Shown in pieces: positions 44,164 through 55,160 of a stretch of 64,000 nucleotides of DNA. The translations under genes and the position numbers were made by a program. The stretch's first letter is position 1; each line of letters begins with the position of its first letter. Under the pieces are notes generated by a model. It was not told the origin of the DNA. It ran no database searches and worked only from the letters and a program-made list of their open reading frames with translations. The DNA is taken from NCBI GenBank assembly GCA_963771175.1, contig CAVYSY010000050.1, forward strand, positions 128,001-192,000, given 5' to 3'. This DNA comes from an uncultured delta proteobacterium (GTDB lineage Bacteria; Myxococcota; Myxococcia; Myxococcales; Myxococcaceae).

Positions 44164-44659
44164 GAGGCGGATCCTGGTCGTCGACGACTCCGAGGCCATC
44201 CACAAGGACTTCCGGCGGATTCTCTGCCCGGAGCCGGTGGGAGGTCTGGATGCGCTGGCTCAGTTGGAGGATGCGATCTTCGGTCCGGCGCCCTCCCGAG
44301 CGACTTCCTCCACCCCGGTGTTCGAGCTGGATTCGGCCTACCAGGGCCAGGAGGGGCTCGCACGGGTGCGGGAGGCCCTGGCCGCTGGCCGCCCGTATGC
44401 GCTGGTCTTCCTGGACTACCGCATGCCGCCCGGCTGGAACGGCTTCGAGACGCTGCGACACCTGCGCGAGGTGGCGCCCTCGTTGCCGGTGGTGCTCTGC
44501 TCGGCCTACTCCGACTACTCGTGGAATGAGATCGCCCGCGAGTTCGGTGGGACGCACCTGCTGGTGGAGCTGAGGAAGCCCTTCAACACGCAGGAGCTGA
44601 GCCGGCTGGCGCTCACCCTCTCCGAGGAGCCGGCCCAGGGGGAGGGGAGCTACTCCTGA
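44144..44659 (+). CDS. Stand-alone response regulator receiver
   Basis: ILVVDD, VFLDYRMP, CSAY and RKPF motifs; overlaps the kinase stop. Confidence 0.88.
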   Translation: MSEQARKRRILVVDDSEAIHKDFRRILCPEPVGGLDALAQLEDAIFGPAPSRATSSTPVFELDSAYQGQEGLARVREALAAGRPYALVFLDYRMPPGWNGFETLRHLREVAPSLPVVLCSAYSDYSWNEIAREFGGTHLLVELRKPFNTQELSRLALTLSEEPAQGEGSYS

Positions 44660-46191
44660 CCCGTGGGGGAGGGGTTGAACTCCTTGGCCACCAGGTTGCC
44701 GAGCACGGCGTCCTTCGGCACGTAGCCGTCGGCGCCGGCCTCGCGGCAGATGCGCTGCAGCTCCTCGACGTTCTCGCCGGAGCACAGCAGCACCTTGATG
44801 CCCTTGAAGAGGCTGTTGCTCTTGATGAACCGGCAGAACTGTTCGCCGTTCACGTTGGGCATGCGCACGTCCAACAGGACCAGGTCCGGGCGCGTCTGCT
44901 TCTTCAGGATGATCTTCGTCGCCTTGTCCGCCGAGTCGGCGATGTGCACCTCGAAGCCCTTGGTCACCAGGTCCGCTTCGATGATGCGCGCCGTCATCTC
45001 GCTGTCGTCGACGATGAGGATGCGAGGCTTGCGCCCGGCCGCCGCCGCCATCTTCGCCGCGGACGGGAAGCCCCCCGTGGCCGCGGGGGCGGGCGCCGCC
45101 GGAGCGGGAGCCGCCGGAGCGGGCGCCGTCACAGGGGCCGGAGCTGGCGCGGTGGTCTGAGGTGCCACGGGCGTCGGAGCCGGTGCCGCGGCGGGAGCCG
45201 CCTGTGCCGGAGCCGGGGGGGCCGCCGGAGTCGGGGGCGCCTGCACCGCCGGACGAGGCTGCGCGGGCTGACCCGCCACGGGCGCGCGAGGAGCCGCCGC
45301 GGTGGGGTGGGCTGCCGCCGCCGTCGGAGCCTGCACCGCCGGACGAGGCTGCGCGGGCTGACCCGCCATGGGCGCGCGAGGAGCCGCCGTGGCGGGGTGG
45401 GCTGCCGCCGCGGTGGGATGGGCCCCCGCCGCCGGAGTGTGCACTACCGGACGAGGCTGCGTGGGCTGACCCGCCACGGGCGCGCGAGGAGCCGCTGTCG
45501 CCGGCTGAGCCCCCGTCGGCACCGGGTGGGGACCCGCCGCCGTCGGAGCCTGCACCGCCGGACGAGGCTGCGCGGGCTGACCCGCCACGGGCGCGCGAGG
45601 GCCGGGGATCGCCTGCGCCTGGGTGGCGGGAGCGACGCGAGGTGGAGGGGCGACGTTCGTCTGGGGCACGGTGCCTGGCGCGACGGGCCGAGGAGCGGCG
45701 ATGGGGCCGGGAGCCCGGGTCGCCGGAGCCACGGCGGGCGGGCGGGGGGCGGCGGAAGTGGTGGGCGGGCGAGCGACCGGGGAGGCAGGCGTCGTGACGG
45801 GGCGTGCGGGGGTGGTCGCACTGGCGGTGGGGGCCCCCAGGATGCGCATGATGCCGGAGATCACCGCCTCGATGCCCCCTCCCTTGAGGATGTAGGCATC
45901 CGCGCCCGAGTTCCGGGTCTTCGCGGCCAGTTCCTCCTCGGAGATATCCGAGTAGAGTACCAGCTTGGACGTGACCTTCTTCTGGGTGCGGAGGTACTCG
46001 ACGACGTCATCGCCGAACATCTCCGGCATGTTCACGTCCATCAGGATGAGCGCGAACGGTCCCTCGGAGAGCTTCTGGTCGAGGCTCGCCAGGTCCGTAG
46101 CCCCGGTGGCCTGGTAGCCAACCGAGCCAAGCGCCCGGACCGTGAGCTCCACCAGCATTGGGCTATCATCGATGACCAGTACGCGAGACAT
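44650..46191 (-). CDS. frzZ: Dual-receiver response regulator FrzZ with expanded linker
   Basis: Two CheY-like domains (VLVIDDS...LMDVNMP and ILIVDDS...LLDVRMP), divergent from frzA. Confidence 0.92.
   Translation of the reverse strand: MSRVLVIDDSPMLVELTVRALGSVGYQATGATDLASLDQKLSEGPFALILMDVNMPEMFGDDVVEYLRTQKKVTSKLVLYSDISEEELAAKTRNSGADAYILKGGGIEAVISGIMRILGAPTASATTPARPVTTPASPVARPPTTSAAPRPPAVAPATRAPGPIAAPRPVAPGTVPQTNVAPPPRVAPATQAQAIPGPRAPVAGQPAQPRPAVQAPTAAGPHPVPTGAQPATAAPRAPVAGQPTQPRPVVHTPAAGAHPTAAAAHPATAAPRAPMAGQPAQPRPAVQAPTAAAAHPTAAAPRAPVAGQPAQPRPAVQAPPTPAAPPAPAQAAPAAAPAPTPVAPQTTAPAPAPVTAPAPAAPAPAAPAPAATGGFPSAAKMAAAAGRKPRILIVDDSEMTARIIEADLVTKGFEVHIADSADKATKIILKKQTRPDLVLLDVRMPNVNGEQFCRFIKSNSLFKGIKVLLCSGENVEELQRICREAGADGYVPKDAVLGNLVAKEFNPSPTGQE
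45235..45600 (-). repeat. Four imperfect coding repeats (periods 90, 108 and 111 bp) in the FrzZ linker
   Basis: PRAP(V/M)AGQP(A/T)QPRP core occurs four times at near DNA identity. Confidence 0.9.
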
Positions 46192-46262
46192 CTGCCTCCT
46201 CAGGAATACGACTGTAACCCTACACCGTTGAGCCGGCCCGGACCATGTGATTCGGTCCGCCC

Positions 46263-46291
46263 TTGACCCTGTTCGCTCGCCTCCGGATACT
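46263..46291 (+). promoter_or_regulatory. Putative sigma70 promoter of the frz operon
   Basis: TTGACC-N17-GATACT just upstream of the frzA TTG start. Confidence 0.5.
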
Positions 46292-46299
46292 TTGGCGCC

Positions 46300-46815
46300 T
46301 TGACCACCACTCCCCTTCAGCGTGCGCTCCGGAAGGCGCCCGACCGTGCCATCGCAGGCCAGGCTCGGCCGGAGCAGGAATTCTTCTGCTTCCGCGTGGG
46401 CGACCTTCGCATGGGCGTTCCCAGTGAGAACGTCCTCGAGGTCATCCGGACCGGTCTCCTCACGCCCCTGCCTCGGACCCCGTCCTTCCTCCTCGGTGTT
46501 ACCGGCCATCGCGGCGAGGTACTCCCGGTGCTGGATCTCCTGCGCTTCCTTGGCAAGGGGGAGGCCCGCGTCGGGCCGAGGACCCGACTCTTCATCGGCA
46601 CCAGCGGCAACTACCGCGTCGGTGTGGTGGCGGACTCGGTGCTCGGCCTGCGCCGGGTGCTCGTGGCCGACATCCTTCCTCCTCCCCTGGGTGGGGATTC
46701 GGCCGCCGAGCACCTGCTCGGTGTGTCCGAGGGCGGTTCGCTCGGGGCAGCGGTGGCCTTCATCAATTTCACCAAGCTGCTGCAGAACGCTCGGCAGCGG
46801 GCGGTGGTGCGATGA
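46300..46815 (+). CDS. frzA: CheW-like protein FrzA
   Basis: LTPLPRTPSFLLGVTGHRGEVLPVLDL CheW motif. Confidence 0.92.
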   Translation: MTTTPLQRALRKAPDRAIAGQARPEQEFFCFRVGDLRMGVPSENVLEVIRTGLLTPLPRTPSFLLGVTGHRGEVLPVLDLLRFLGKGEARVGPRTRLFIGTSGNYRVGVVADSVLGLRRVLVADILPPPLGGDSAAEHLLGVSEGGSLGAAVAFINFTKLLQNARQRAVVR

Positions 46816-47195
46816 TCGGCTACGACGATCCGTCGGCCGAGTCCGAGTCCAATGAGGTCGACGTCCTCTTCTTCGCGGTCGGCGACATCATCTATGGCAC
46901 CGACGCCTCGCAGGTGCTGCGCATCGACCGCGCGCACCCGGATGATCTCTCGGTCGCGGAGCTCGGTGAGCTCAAGCGCGGCAACCGCGCGCTCGTCTTC
47001 GACACCCCCGAGGGGGAGGGCCACCTCAAGGTGGATGCCATCCGGGGCGTGCGCCCCGTCCCCATCATCGACCTGCGGCGGTTGCCCCCAGCGGTCTCCG
47101 CTGCGTCTTACGCGGTCGGAGTGTTCCTCGATGAGGAGCGCCCCGTGATGCTGATCGATCTCGTTGAAACCTTGAATGCTCAAGGAAGGCACTGA
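46812..47195 (+). CDS. frzB: Divergent CheW-like protein FrzB
   Basis: Short CheW-like ORF between frzA and frzCD. Confidence 0.88.
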   Translation: MIGYDDPSAESESNEVDVLFFAVGDIIYGTDASQVLRIDRAHPDDLSVAELGELKRGNRALVFDTPEGEGHLKVDAIRGVRPVPIIDLRRLPPAVSAASYAVGVFLDEERPVMLIDLVETLNAQGRH

Positions 47196-47200
47196 AGGCA

Positions 47201-48427
47201 ATGTCCCCTGTTGACCCGAAGAACGAAGTTGTCGCGACGGAGGGCGTCGCCGCCCCTCGTTCGAAGAAGGCCGCCCCGCTCAAGCCCCTCACCGACACCG
47301 TGATCGCGGTGCTGGCGGGCAACCTCGAGGCGCGCGTTCCGAAGAACGCCGTGGAGGACGATGCCGCTGATCTGGCCAACCTCTTCAACCAGCTCCTGGA
47401 TCGTCACGCCGCCGCCGAGCGCCGCAAGCAGGTGGCCGCTCAGGAGATCGATCAGGCCATCGACGCGCTGATCACCCTGGTGCGCGAGGGCGATCTGGCC
47501 CAGTGGAACACCTCCACCGAAGACCCCCAGCTTGGGCCCCTGCTCGAGGGCTTCGGCAAGGTGATCGAGACGCTGCGCACCTTCGTGCGGGAGATCAACG
47601 AGGCGGCCCTGCGCCTGTCCTCGTCCGCCAACCAGGTGCTCGCCGCCTCCACGCAGCACGAGACGAGCTCCACCGAGCAGGCCGCGGCCATCCACGAGAC
47701 CACGGCGACGATGGAAGAGCTCAAGCACGCCTCGGCGCAGATCGCCGAGAACGCCGGCAGCGTGGCGCGCGTGGCCGAGGAGACCCTGGGTGCCGCTCGC
47801 GCGGGCCGGGGCGCCATTGGCGAGTTCATCCAGGCCATGCAGCAGATCCGCAGCGACGGTGTCGCGGTGGCCGACTCCATCACCAAGCTGTCCAAGCGCG
47901 TGGAGCGCATCGGCACGGTGGTCGAGGTGATCGACGAGATCGCCGACCGCTCGGACCTGCTCGCGCTCAACGCCGCCCTCGAGGGCAGCCGCGCCGGTGA
48001 GGCGGGCAAGGGCTTCTCCATCGTGGCCGCCGAGATGCGGCGCCTGGCGGAGAACGTCATGGAGTCCACCAAGGAGATCAAGAACCTGATCACCGAGATC
48101 CGCGAGGCCACGGCCGCGGCGGGTACGGCGGCGGAGGCCTCCAAGGAGGCCACGGAGTCCGGTGAGAAGCTGGGCGCGGTGGCGGCGCAGGCGGTCGAGG
48201 GCATCCTCGCCGGCGTGCAGGAGACGAGTGACGCGGCTCGCGTCATCAACCTCGCCACCCAGCAGCAGCGCACGGCCACCGAGCAGGTGGTGGCCTCCAT
48301 GGCGGAGATCGAGGACGTTACGCGTCAGACCACTCAGGCCTCGAAGCAGGCCACGGGTGCAGCCGCCGAGCTCACGCAGCTCGCCGGTCGTCTGGCGGAG
48401 CTCATCAAGCGCTTCAAGGCCGACTAA
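47201..48427 (+). CDS. frzCD: Cytoplasmic methyl-accepting chemoreceptor FrzCD
   Basis: No TM; IADRSDLLALNAALEGSRAGEAGKGFSIVA hairpin motif. Confidence 0.95.
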   Translation: MSPVDPKNEVVATEGVAAPRSKKAAPLKPLTDTVIAVLAGNLEARVPKNAVEDDAADLANLFNQLLDRHAAAERRKQVAAQEIDQAIDALITLVREGDLAQWNTSTEDPQLGPLLEGFGKVIETLRTFVREINEAALRLSSSANQVLAASTQHETSSTEQAAAIHETTATMEELKHASAQIAENAGSVARVAEETLGAARAGRGAIGEFIQAMQQIRSDGVAVADSITKLSKRVERIGTVVEVIDEIADRSDLLALNAALEGSRAGEAGKGFSIVAAEMRRLAENVMESTKEIKNLITEIREATAAAGTAAEASKEATESGEKLGAVAAQAVEGILAGVQETSDAARVINLATQQQRTATEQVVASMAEIEDVTRQTTQASKQATGAAAELTQLAGRLAELIKRFKAD

Positions 48428-48481
48428 CCAGGAGGGGGAGGGGCAAGGCGGGGCGGTCCTCCGTCCTCAAGCCCTCTGGTC

Positions 48482-50759
48482 ATGGACACCGAGTCCCTCA
48501 AGAGATCCCTCCTGGCGAAGTTCCAGGAGGTCAGCGCAGACCGTCTCCAGAAGATCCAGTTGGGCGTTCTCGATTTGGAGAAGCCCACCGCGGATCAGGC
48601 GGCGGACGAGGTCGCGCGCGAGCTGCACACGATGAAGGGAGAGGCCCGCATGCTGGGCCTGGCCGCTATCGGTCAGGTCGCGCACGCGGCCGAGGACGTG
48701 CTGCGCGCCGAGCGCGACGGGAGGGCCGCCACCGAGGTGGCCACGGACCTCCTGTTGCGCTCGTGCGACATCATCTCCGACCTCCTCGAGGACATCGAGG
48801 GTGCCCAGGGTGGCACCCCGGCCTCGCAGGAGATGGTCGAGGCGCTCTCAGCGGCCTCCGGCCATCCGATCCCGCCCATCGGCGGCGTGAAGGCGTCCTC
48901 GCAGCCGGCCGTCCCCGCGGTGCCGCCCCCGGCACCCGTGGTGATGGAGGTGGTCGCCGAGGCCGCGGAGCCCGTCTACACGCCTCCACCGGCGGCGCCA
49001 CCCTCCCGGCCCGCGCCCAAGGCCGAGCACCACGAGGAGCCGCACACCACCAAGGCGCTCGCCGACCGCAGCATCCGCGTGAACGTCGAGGTGCTCGATT
49101 CGCTCGGCCTGCTCGCGGGAGATCTGCTGGTGGAGAGCGCGCGCGGACGCCTGCGCGCCTCCGAGGTCGAGGCCCTGCTCAACCGCTTCTCGCGCCTGGG
49201 CGACCGCTTCCTCAAGCTGGCCGACCTGCTGCAGGTCCCCAACTCGCTGCGCAACGAGGTGGAGCGCATCGAGAGCGACCTGCACATGCTCCGCGATGAC
49301 GCCTTCCGCTTCGCGCGCCGCAACGGGGACGGCATCGAGACGCTGCACGGCAACCTGGCGATGATGGCGGACCACGTGGCCGAGGCGCGCCTCGTGCCGC
49401 TGTCCACCGTCTTCGACGCCTTCCCGCGCGCCGTGCGCGACATCGCTCGCGCCCAGGCCAAGGAGGTGGACCTCGTCATCGAGAACGCCGACCTCGGCGT
49501 GGATCGCTCGATGCTGGCCGACGTGCGCGATGCCCTGGTGCACCTGCTGCGCAACGCGGTGGACCACGGCCTGGAGTCGCCCGACGAGCGCAGCATGCTC
49601 GGCAAGCCCTCCGCGGGCCGTCTGCTCATCCGCGTTCGCGCCGACGGCGACATGCTCAGCATCGAGGTCGTCGACGACGGCCGCGGCATGGACCCGCAGC
49701 GGCTGCGCGAGGTGGCCGTGCGCAAGCGCCTGCTGACGGATCAGCAGGCCGCCGCACTCTCGGAGCGCGAGGCCATCGAGCTCGTCTTCCGGGCGGGCTT
49801 CTCCACCCGCGAGGAGATCACCGACATCTCCGGCCGCGGCGTGGGCATGGACGTGGTGAAGAAGAAGGTGGAGTCGCTGGGCGGCTCGGTGGGCATCGTC
49901 AGCCGCCAGGGGCGTGGCACCTCCATCACCCTGCGCCTGCCGCAGTCGCTGGCGCTCATGAAGGTGCTGCTGGTGCGCCTGGGCGACGACGTCTACGGCA
50001 TGCCCGCCGCCGACGTGGTGGCGGTGATGCGCGTGAAGCCGGAGGACCGGATGGAGGTCTTCGGCACCCTGGCGGTGAAGCACCGGGGCAAGCCCACCGC
50101 GCTGGTGGGGCTGGGGCCGCTGCTGGGCGTCAACGGCGGCAACCGCTTCGACAAGCCACCCGCGGTGGTGGTGCGCCACGGCGATGATCGTGGCGGCGCT
50201 GGTGGTGGACGGCTTCGTGGACGAGCGCGAGGTGGCGGTGAAGCCCTGCGGCGGCGAGTTCCTCAAGGGCGCCGCCTTCATCGCCGGTACCGCCGCGCTG
50301 GAGGACGGCCGCATCGCCGTGCTCCTGCACGTGCCGGACATCATGACCGAGGTGCGCCGCATGGCGCGGCCCGTCACCCAGTCCCAGGCCACCAAGCGCC
50401 TGCGGGTGCTGCTGGTGGACGACTCGCCCATCGCGCGCGCCACCGAGTCCGCGCTCGTCAAGGCGCTGGGGCACACCGTGGACGAGGCCCAGGACGGCGA
50501 GGAGGGCTTCGAGAAGGCCCAGTCCCAGGCGTACGATCTCATCCTCACGGACGTGCAGATGCCCCGGCTGGACGGCTTCTCGTTCACGCGGCGACTCAAG
50601 TCCACCGCGGGGCTGGCGCGCATTCCGGTCATCGTCCTCTCCTCGCTCGCGTCGCCGGAGGACAGACGGCGCGGGGCCGAGGCGGGCGCGGATGCGTACC
50701 TCGTCAAGGGCGAACTGGGCGTCGAGAGCCTGGCTCAGACCATCGATCGTCTGACCTGA
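48482..50759 (+). CDS. frzE: CheA-CheY hybrid kinase FrzE (frameshift near 50190)
   Basis: Hpt LHTMKG, HLLRNAVDHG, GRGVGMDVV, CheW domain and a C-terminal receiver. Confidence 0.95.
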
Positions 50760-50778
50760 GGTACTGGAAGGGGGTCGC

Positions 50779-51789
50779 TTGGACGTAGGTGCGTCCGCAT
50801 ATCGCGTGTTGCTCGTGGGCGAGGCCCTCAAGGGGGCCTTGCGCGGGTTGTTCGACGGGATCGTGCTCGCTCCCGCCGGCGACGTCTGCGAGTTCTCCAA
50901 CGCCTTGGAGCACGTGCGGCGCCTCCACCCGGACGTGGTGGTGGTGGACCTGTCCGGACCCGAGGCGCTCAAGGCCATCGAGCGCGTGATGGCGGAGCGG
51001 CCCGTGCCCGTGGTGGCGCTCCACCCGGGAGTGCTCTCGGGCGCGGACGCCTTCCAGGCACTGGCGGTGGGCGCCGTGGAGGTGGTGGAGCGCCCCGCCG
51101 AGCCCGGCAGCGACTACTGGCAGACGGTGAGCCGCAAGTTGATGCTGCTCGCCGAGGTGCGCGTGACGCGCCCCGTGCAGGCCCAGAAGCCCCGCAACGT
51201 GCGCCCCCCGGCCACCGACGCGCCGTATCCGCTGTTGGCCATCGCCTCGTCGCTGGGTGGGCCCAAGGCACTCTCCGTGGTGCTGCGGATGTTGCCCAGG
51301 AACTTCCCCGCGCCCGTGTGCATCTGCCAGCACATCAGCAATGGCTTCACCGAGGGGTTGGCCCAGTGGCTTGGCTCCGAGACGCCGCTGCGCGTGGTGG
51401 AAGCCAACGACGGTGAGGAGATGGCCCCCGGGAGCGTCTACATCGCGCGCTCGGGCTCGCACCTGGTGGTGCGCCCGAAGGGCCAGTTGGTGTTGGATCC
51501 GAGCCCGCCGGTGCGTGGTTTCCGACCCTCGTGCGACGTGCTGCTGACATCGGCGGCGGAGGTCTTCGGGACTCGTACCCTGGGCGTCATCCTCACCGGC
51601 ATGGGCCGGGACGGAGCCCGAGGGCTGAAGGAAATTCGTGAGCGCGGTGGTCGCACCATCGCGCAGGATCGGGCGACTTGCGCCGTGTACGGCATGCCGA
51701 AGGAAGCCGTGCGCATCGGCGCCGCCGAAGAGGTGCTGCCTCTCGAGCAGATCGCACCGACCCTCGTCCAATGGGTGGAGACATGCTGA
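50779..51789 (+). CDS. frzG: CheB-like methylesterase FrzG
   Basis: ASSLGGP, CQHI, RPSCDVL and LTGMGRDG motifs. Confidence 0.93.
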   Translation: MDVGASAYRVLLVGEALKGALRGLFDGIVLAPAGDVCEFSNALEHVRRLHPDVVVVDLSGPEALKAIERVMAERPVPVVALHPGVLSGADAFQALAVGAVEVVERPAEPGSDYWQTVSRKLMLLAEVRVTRPVQAQKPRNVRPPATDAPYPLLAIASSLGGPKALSVVLRMLPRNFPAPVCICQHISNGFTEGLAQWLGSETPLRVVEANDGEEMAPGSVYIARSGSHLVVRPKGQLVLDPSPPVRGFRPSCDVLLTSAAEVFGTRTLGVILTGMGRDGARGLKEIRERGGRTIAQDRATCAVYGMPKEAVRIGAAEEVLPLEQIAPTLVQWVETC

Positions 51790-53492
51790 CAGTGACCTCA
51801 AGGGCCCTGCAGCAACTGGCCGCCCTCCTGCTGGAGCGGGCGGGGCTGAAGATCACCCCGGATGGCTACCACAGCCTCCGGCTCGCGCTGTCCACGCGCA
51901 TGCCCGTGGTGGGCCTCAAGGACTCCGAGGAGTACGTGCGGCGCCTCCGTGCGCCGTCCTCGGAGGACGAGCTGCGCGCGCTGCTGCCGCTCGTCACCGT
52001 GGGGCACACGGAGTTCTTCCGAGATCCCAAGCAGTTCCGGGCGCTGGAGAGCCGCATCCTCCCGGAGGCGCTGTGGCGGGCGCGGCGGGAGAACCGCCGG
52101 GTGTCCATCTGGTCCGCGGGGTGCGCCACCGGCGAGGAGCCCTACAGCCTCGCCATGGTGCTGGCGGAGCAGGGCGCGCTCCCCATCGAGGTGGACCTGT
52201 GGGCCACCGATCTGAACCTCGCCGCGGTGGAGGCCGCGAAGCAGGGGCGCTTCTCGTCGCGGCGCGTCGCCGGCATGCCCGCCGAGCGCCGGGTGCGCTT
52301 CTTCCGGCCGGTGGACGAGGGCTACGAGATCGTCTCCTCGTTGAAGGACTATGTCCGCTTCGACGGGCAGAACCTCGCCGTGCCCGTCTTCGAGAAGGTC
52401 AAGCCGGAGTCGTTGGATCTCATCCTCTGCCGCAACGTCATCATCTACTTCGACCTGCCCACCATCCGCGCGCTGATGGATCGCTTCCTCACGGCGCTGC
52501 GACCCGGGGCCCTACTGCTGCTGGGCTACTCGGAGAGCCTCTTCAAGGTCTACGACCGCTTCGAGATGGTGGAGGTGGAGGGCTCGTTCGTCTACCGGCG
52601 GCCCGAGAAGCCGCTGCCGGTGCGTGCTCCCGGTTCCGGCCCGAGGCCGATGACGATCGGCGCGCTGCCGCCCACGGGAAGTCGGCCGTCCGTGTCCTCG
52701 GGCGGGGCGCAGCCTCGGGAGACGGTCTCGACCCTGGCGCTGCCTCCAAACTCGAGCCTCACGACACTGCCAGCTACCCGGGCCCTGCAGAAGACGCTCG
52801 ATGCGTCGTCGCGCAGGACGGTGGAACTGCCCGCGGTGGGAGCGCCCAAGGCGTCCGAGGGTCCCTCGGGAGTGAATGGCGCCACCGCCGAGCCGCCCCG
52901 GAAGTCGCTCGAGCTGTCCCCCGTGGGGGGCGAGCCTCCGCGCACGCGCACGGGCGAGCTGCCCGCGTGGTCGCTGATGCTGGCGCCGGGGGAGCGGTTG
53001 AACGCGGCCGTGCGGATGATTGAACGCGGGGACTTCGTGTCCGCGGTGGTCACGGTGGAGCAGCTCCTGGTGGACGAGCCGAACCACCTGGACGCGCTGC
53101 TCACCCTGGGCAACCTCTACTCGCTGACGGGCCGCGTGGTGGACGCGCGCGAGTCCTTCTCGCAGGCCATCAACCGCGAGCCGCTGTGCGTGGAGGCGCG
53201 GGTCTTCGGAGGGCTGGCGGCGCTGCAGGCCGGAGAGCTCGCCGAGGCGCGCGGGGAGCTGGGCAAGGCGCTCTTCCTGGAGCCCACGCTGGCCATCGGG
53301 CACTACCTGCTGGCGCAGGTCCACGAGCGGCTGAAGGATCACGAGGCGGCGCGGCGCAGCTACCGCAATGCCATCTCGCAGCTTCGCTTCCCCCAGCGCC
53401 AGCTCGCCGGCCACTACCCGGAGCTGCCGGACTCGGCCGAGGCCATCACCCGCGCGGCGCGCTATGCGCTCGCCGCACTGGAAGAGGCCTGA
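51783..53492 (+). CDS. frzF: CheR methyltransferase with TPR repeats, FrzF
   Basis: [19 protein letters not shown] and CRNVIIYFD motifs; C-terminal TPRs. Confidence 0.95.
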   Translation: MLTVTSRALQQLAALLLERAGLKITPDGYHSLRLALSTRMPVVGLKDSEEYVRRLRAPSSEDELRALLPLVTVGHTEFFRDPKQFRALESRILPEALWRARRENRRVSIWSAGCATGEEPYSLAMVLAEQGALPIEVDLWATDLNLAAVEAAKQGRFSSRRVAGMPAERRVRFFRPVDEGYEIVSSLKDYVRFDGQNLAVPVFEKVKPESLDLILCRNVIIYFDLPTIRALMDRFLTALRPGALLLLGYSESLFKVYDRFEMVEVEGSFVYRRPEKPLPVRAPGSGPRPMTIGALPPTGSRPSVSSGGAQPRETVSTLALPPNSSLTTLPATRALQKTLDASSRRTVELPAVGAPKASEGPSGVNGATAEPPRKSLELSPVGGEPPRTRTGELPAWSLMLAPGERLNAAVRMIERGDFVSAVVTVEQLLVDEPNHLDALLTLGNLYSLTGRVVDARESFSQAINREPLCVEARVFGGLAALQAGELAEARGELGKALFLEPTLAIGHYLLAQVHERLKDHEAARRSYRNAISQLRFPQRQLAGHYPELPDSAEAITRAARYALAALEEA

Positions 53493-53499
53493 GTCCGAA

Positions 53500-53544
53500 G
53501 TGAGCGAACGGGTCCGAGGGTCGGACCCGTTGCCCGGCGCTCAC
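53500..53544. terminator. Hairpin between convergent genes
   Basis: aacgggtccga-ggg-tcggacccgtt perfect stem with gtgagcg/cgctcac extension. Confidence 0.6.
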
Positions 53545-53546
53545 CG

Positions 53547-53867
53547 TCAGGCGAGGCCCTTGTTGACGTCATCGACGCTCTTGCTGGGGTCGAGCACGGT
53601 GCTGAACTTCTTCTGCAGGTAGGACTTGGCCTGGCCGCGCAGCAGCATGCCGGGGTCGGTGCCCTCGCCCTGGATGGCGCCCTCGGTGATGGTGAAGCTG
53701 GCATCGAGGTTGATGCCCATCACCTTGCCGATCACCTTGGCTCCGTCGCCGACCCAGTCCGCCTTCACGCCGTACTTCTCGGTCCAGTACTTGAGAAGCT
53801 GCTCGACGCGCTTCCTGGCCTCGTCCTTCGAGAGGGTGTGGGGGACCTCGAACTTCATCGTGCCCAT
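53547..53867 (-). CDS. Polyhydroxyalkanoic acid system (PHA_gran_rgn-like) protein
   Basis: MKFEVPHTLSKDEARKRVEQL...KYGVKADW; RBS AGGAG. Confidence 0.8.
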   Translation of the reverse strand: MGTMKFEVPHTLSKDEARKRVEQLLKYWTEKYGVKADWVGDGAKVIGKVMGINLDASFTITEGAIQGEGTDPGMLLRGQAKSYLQKKFSTVLDPSKSVDDVNKGLA

Positions 53868-54068
53868 GTGGAGCTCCTGGGGTTCGTGATGCTCCCGCCC
53901 GGGTCTAGTGACGCCCGGACGGAAAGGGAACACAGGTCTCTCCGCCGAGCGCATGGAAGTCAACAGTGATGTCACGGTGCTGGCGCTTCGTGGACCGGTG
54001 AGATTCCCAATGCGCCGGGCGCGGGTTGATGTTTGATGCTGCCCGTGTTCGGACAAGGAGTCGTTCGA

Positions 54069-55094
54069 GTGTCCTCGCTGACCCGTTGGCTGTCCCTTGC
54101 CGTAGTCCTTCTCCTCGCCGTGCCGGGTGTCGCCCGGGCGCAGATCTACGGCTCCGATGCGCCGGTACAGGCGTCGAATCCGTCCTCGCTCGAGCCGCGG
54201 GCGTCGCCCACCCAGCAGGGCCAGCTTCCGCCCGCCGCCACCCAGAGCGCCCCTCTCGAGGCCAACGGGGTGATGCTCGATGGGCAGGTGCGCTACGGCG
54301 CGTTCCTCTCCGGGCCCGGCAGCCTCACCTTCGTGCTGCACCACTCCATCATGGGCGCCATGGGGGGCTTCTTCACCCAGGGCTTCGCCAATGGCTTCAG
54401 CTTCGAGCGCAGCTCCCGCGAGGCCATGCTGGCGGGCACGCTCCTCGGCGCGGGGCTCGGCTTTGGCTCGTCGGCGTGGTGGCAGTTCTACAACTGGGTC
54501 GACAAGCCGATGGGCTACTTCGGCATCGCCAACTCCGTCGTCGGCGGCATGTTCCTCGGCGGTTTCATGGACCTGCTCTCGCGCGACCCGAGCCTGCTGA
54601 CGTGGTCCGCCTTCATCGGCGCCGAGCTGGGCGCGTGGCTCACCGCGACGATTGGCGGCGGGCAGCTTCCTCTCGATGACGGTCTGCTGGTGGCATCGGG
54701 CAGTGGGTGGGGGCTCGCCTACGGTGCGCTGCTGCTGGCCATCATCCACTTCTCCGGGACGAAGATCTCCGGGCAGACCTGGACGGACGCGCTGCTCATG
54801 GCGCCCGGCATCGGTGCGACGGCGCTCGCGCTGGCCACGATGAAGTACGACCCGACTCCCTCCCAGATACTCCGGGCGGATGCGTTCGGTGCGGGCGTGG
54901 GGGCCCTGGTGCTGGTGCTCTCCGCGCTGGTGCTTGGGGGCTTCGATCAGCCCACGCCATACGTGCTGTCCTTCCTCGCCTCGGCCGGCGCCATCACCAC
55001 CGTGAGCCTTCTCTGGGAGGAGGCCGCCGAGCGTCCGCCAGCGGCCATGAATGGCGCGGTTCGCTCCAAGGCCTATCGCAACGACTGGTGGTAG
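54069..55094 (+). CDS. Gly-rich multi-pass membrane protein of unknown function
   Basis: Signal peptide followed by many Gly/Ala-rich hydrophobic helices; start could be 54033. Confidence 0.75.
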   Translation: MSSLTRWLSLAVVLLLAVPGVARAQIYGSDAPVQASNPSSLEPRASPTQQGQLPPAATQSAPLEANGVMLDGQVRYGAFLSGPGSLTFVLHHSIMGAMGGFFTQGFANGFSFERSSREAMLAGTLLGAGLGFGSSAWWQFYNWVDKPMGYFGIANSVVGGMFLGGFMDLLSRDPSLLTWSAFIGAELGAWLTATIGGGQLPLDDGLLVASGSGWGLAYGALLLAIIHFSGTKISGQTWTDALLMAPGIGATALALATMKYDPTPSQILRADAFGAGVGALVLVLSALVLGGFDQPTPYVLSFLASAGAITTVSLLWEEAAERPPAAMNGAVRSKAYRNDWW

Positions 55095-55160
55095 CTCGCC
55101 CGTTGCCCTGTCGAGGGTGCATGGTGGCGGGAGAGAGCGCGCATCCACACTGTTGGTTAT

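Noticed and set aside
46192..46713. N-terminal extension of the 687-aa frzZ ORF
   Set aside because: It overlaps frzA on the opposite strand. The real start is the ATG at 46191, preceded by AGGAGG.
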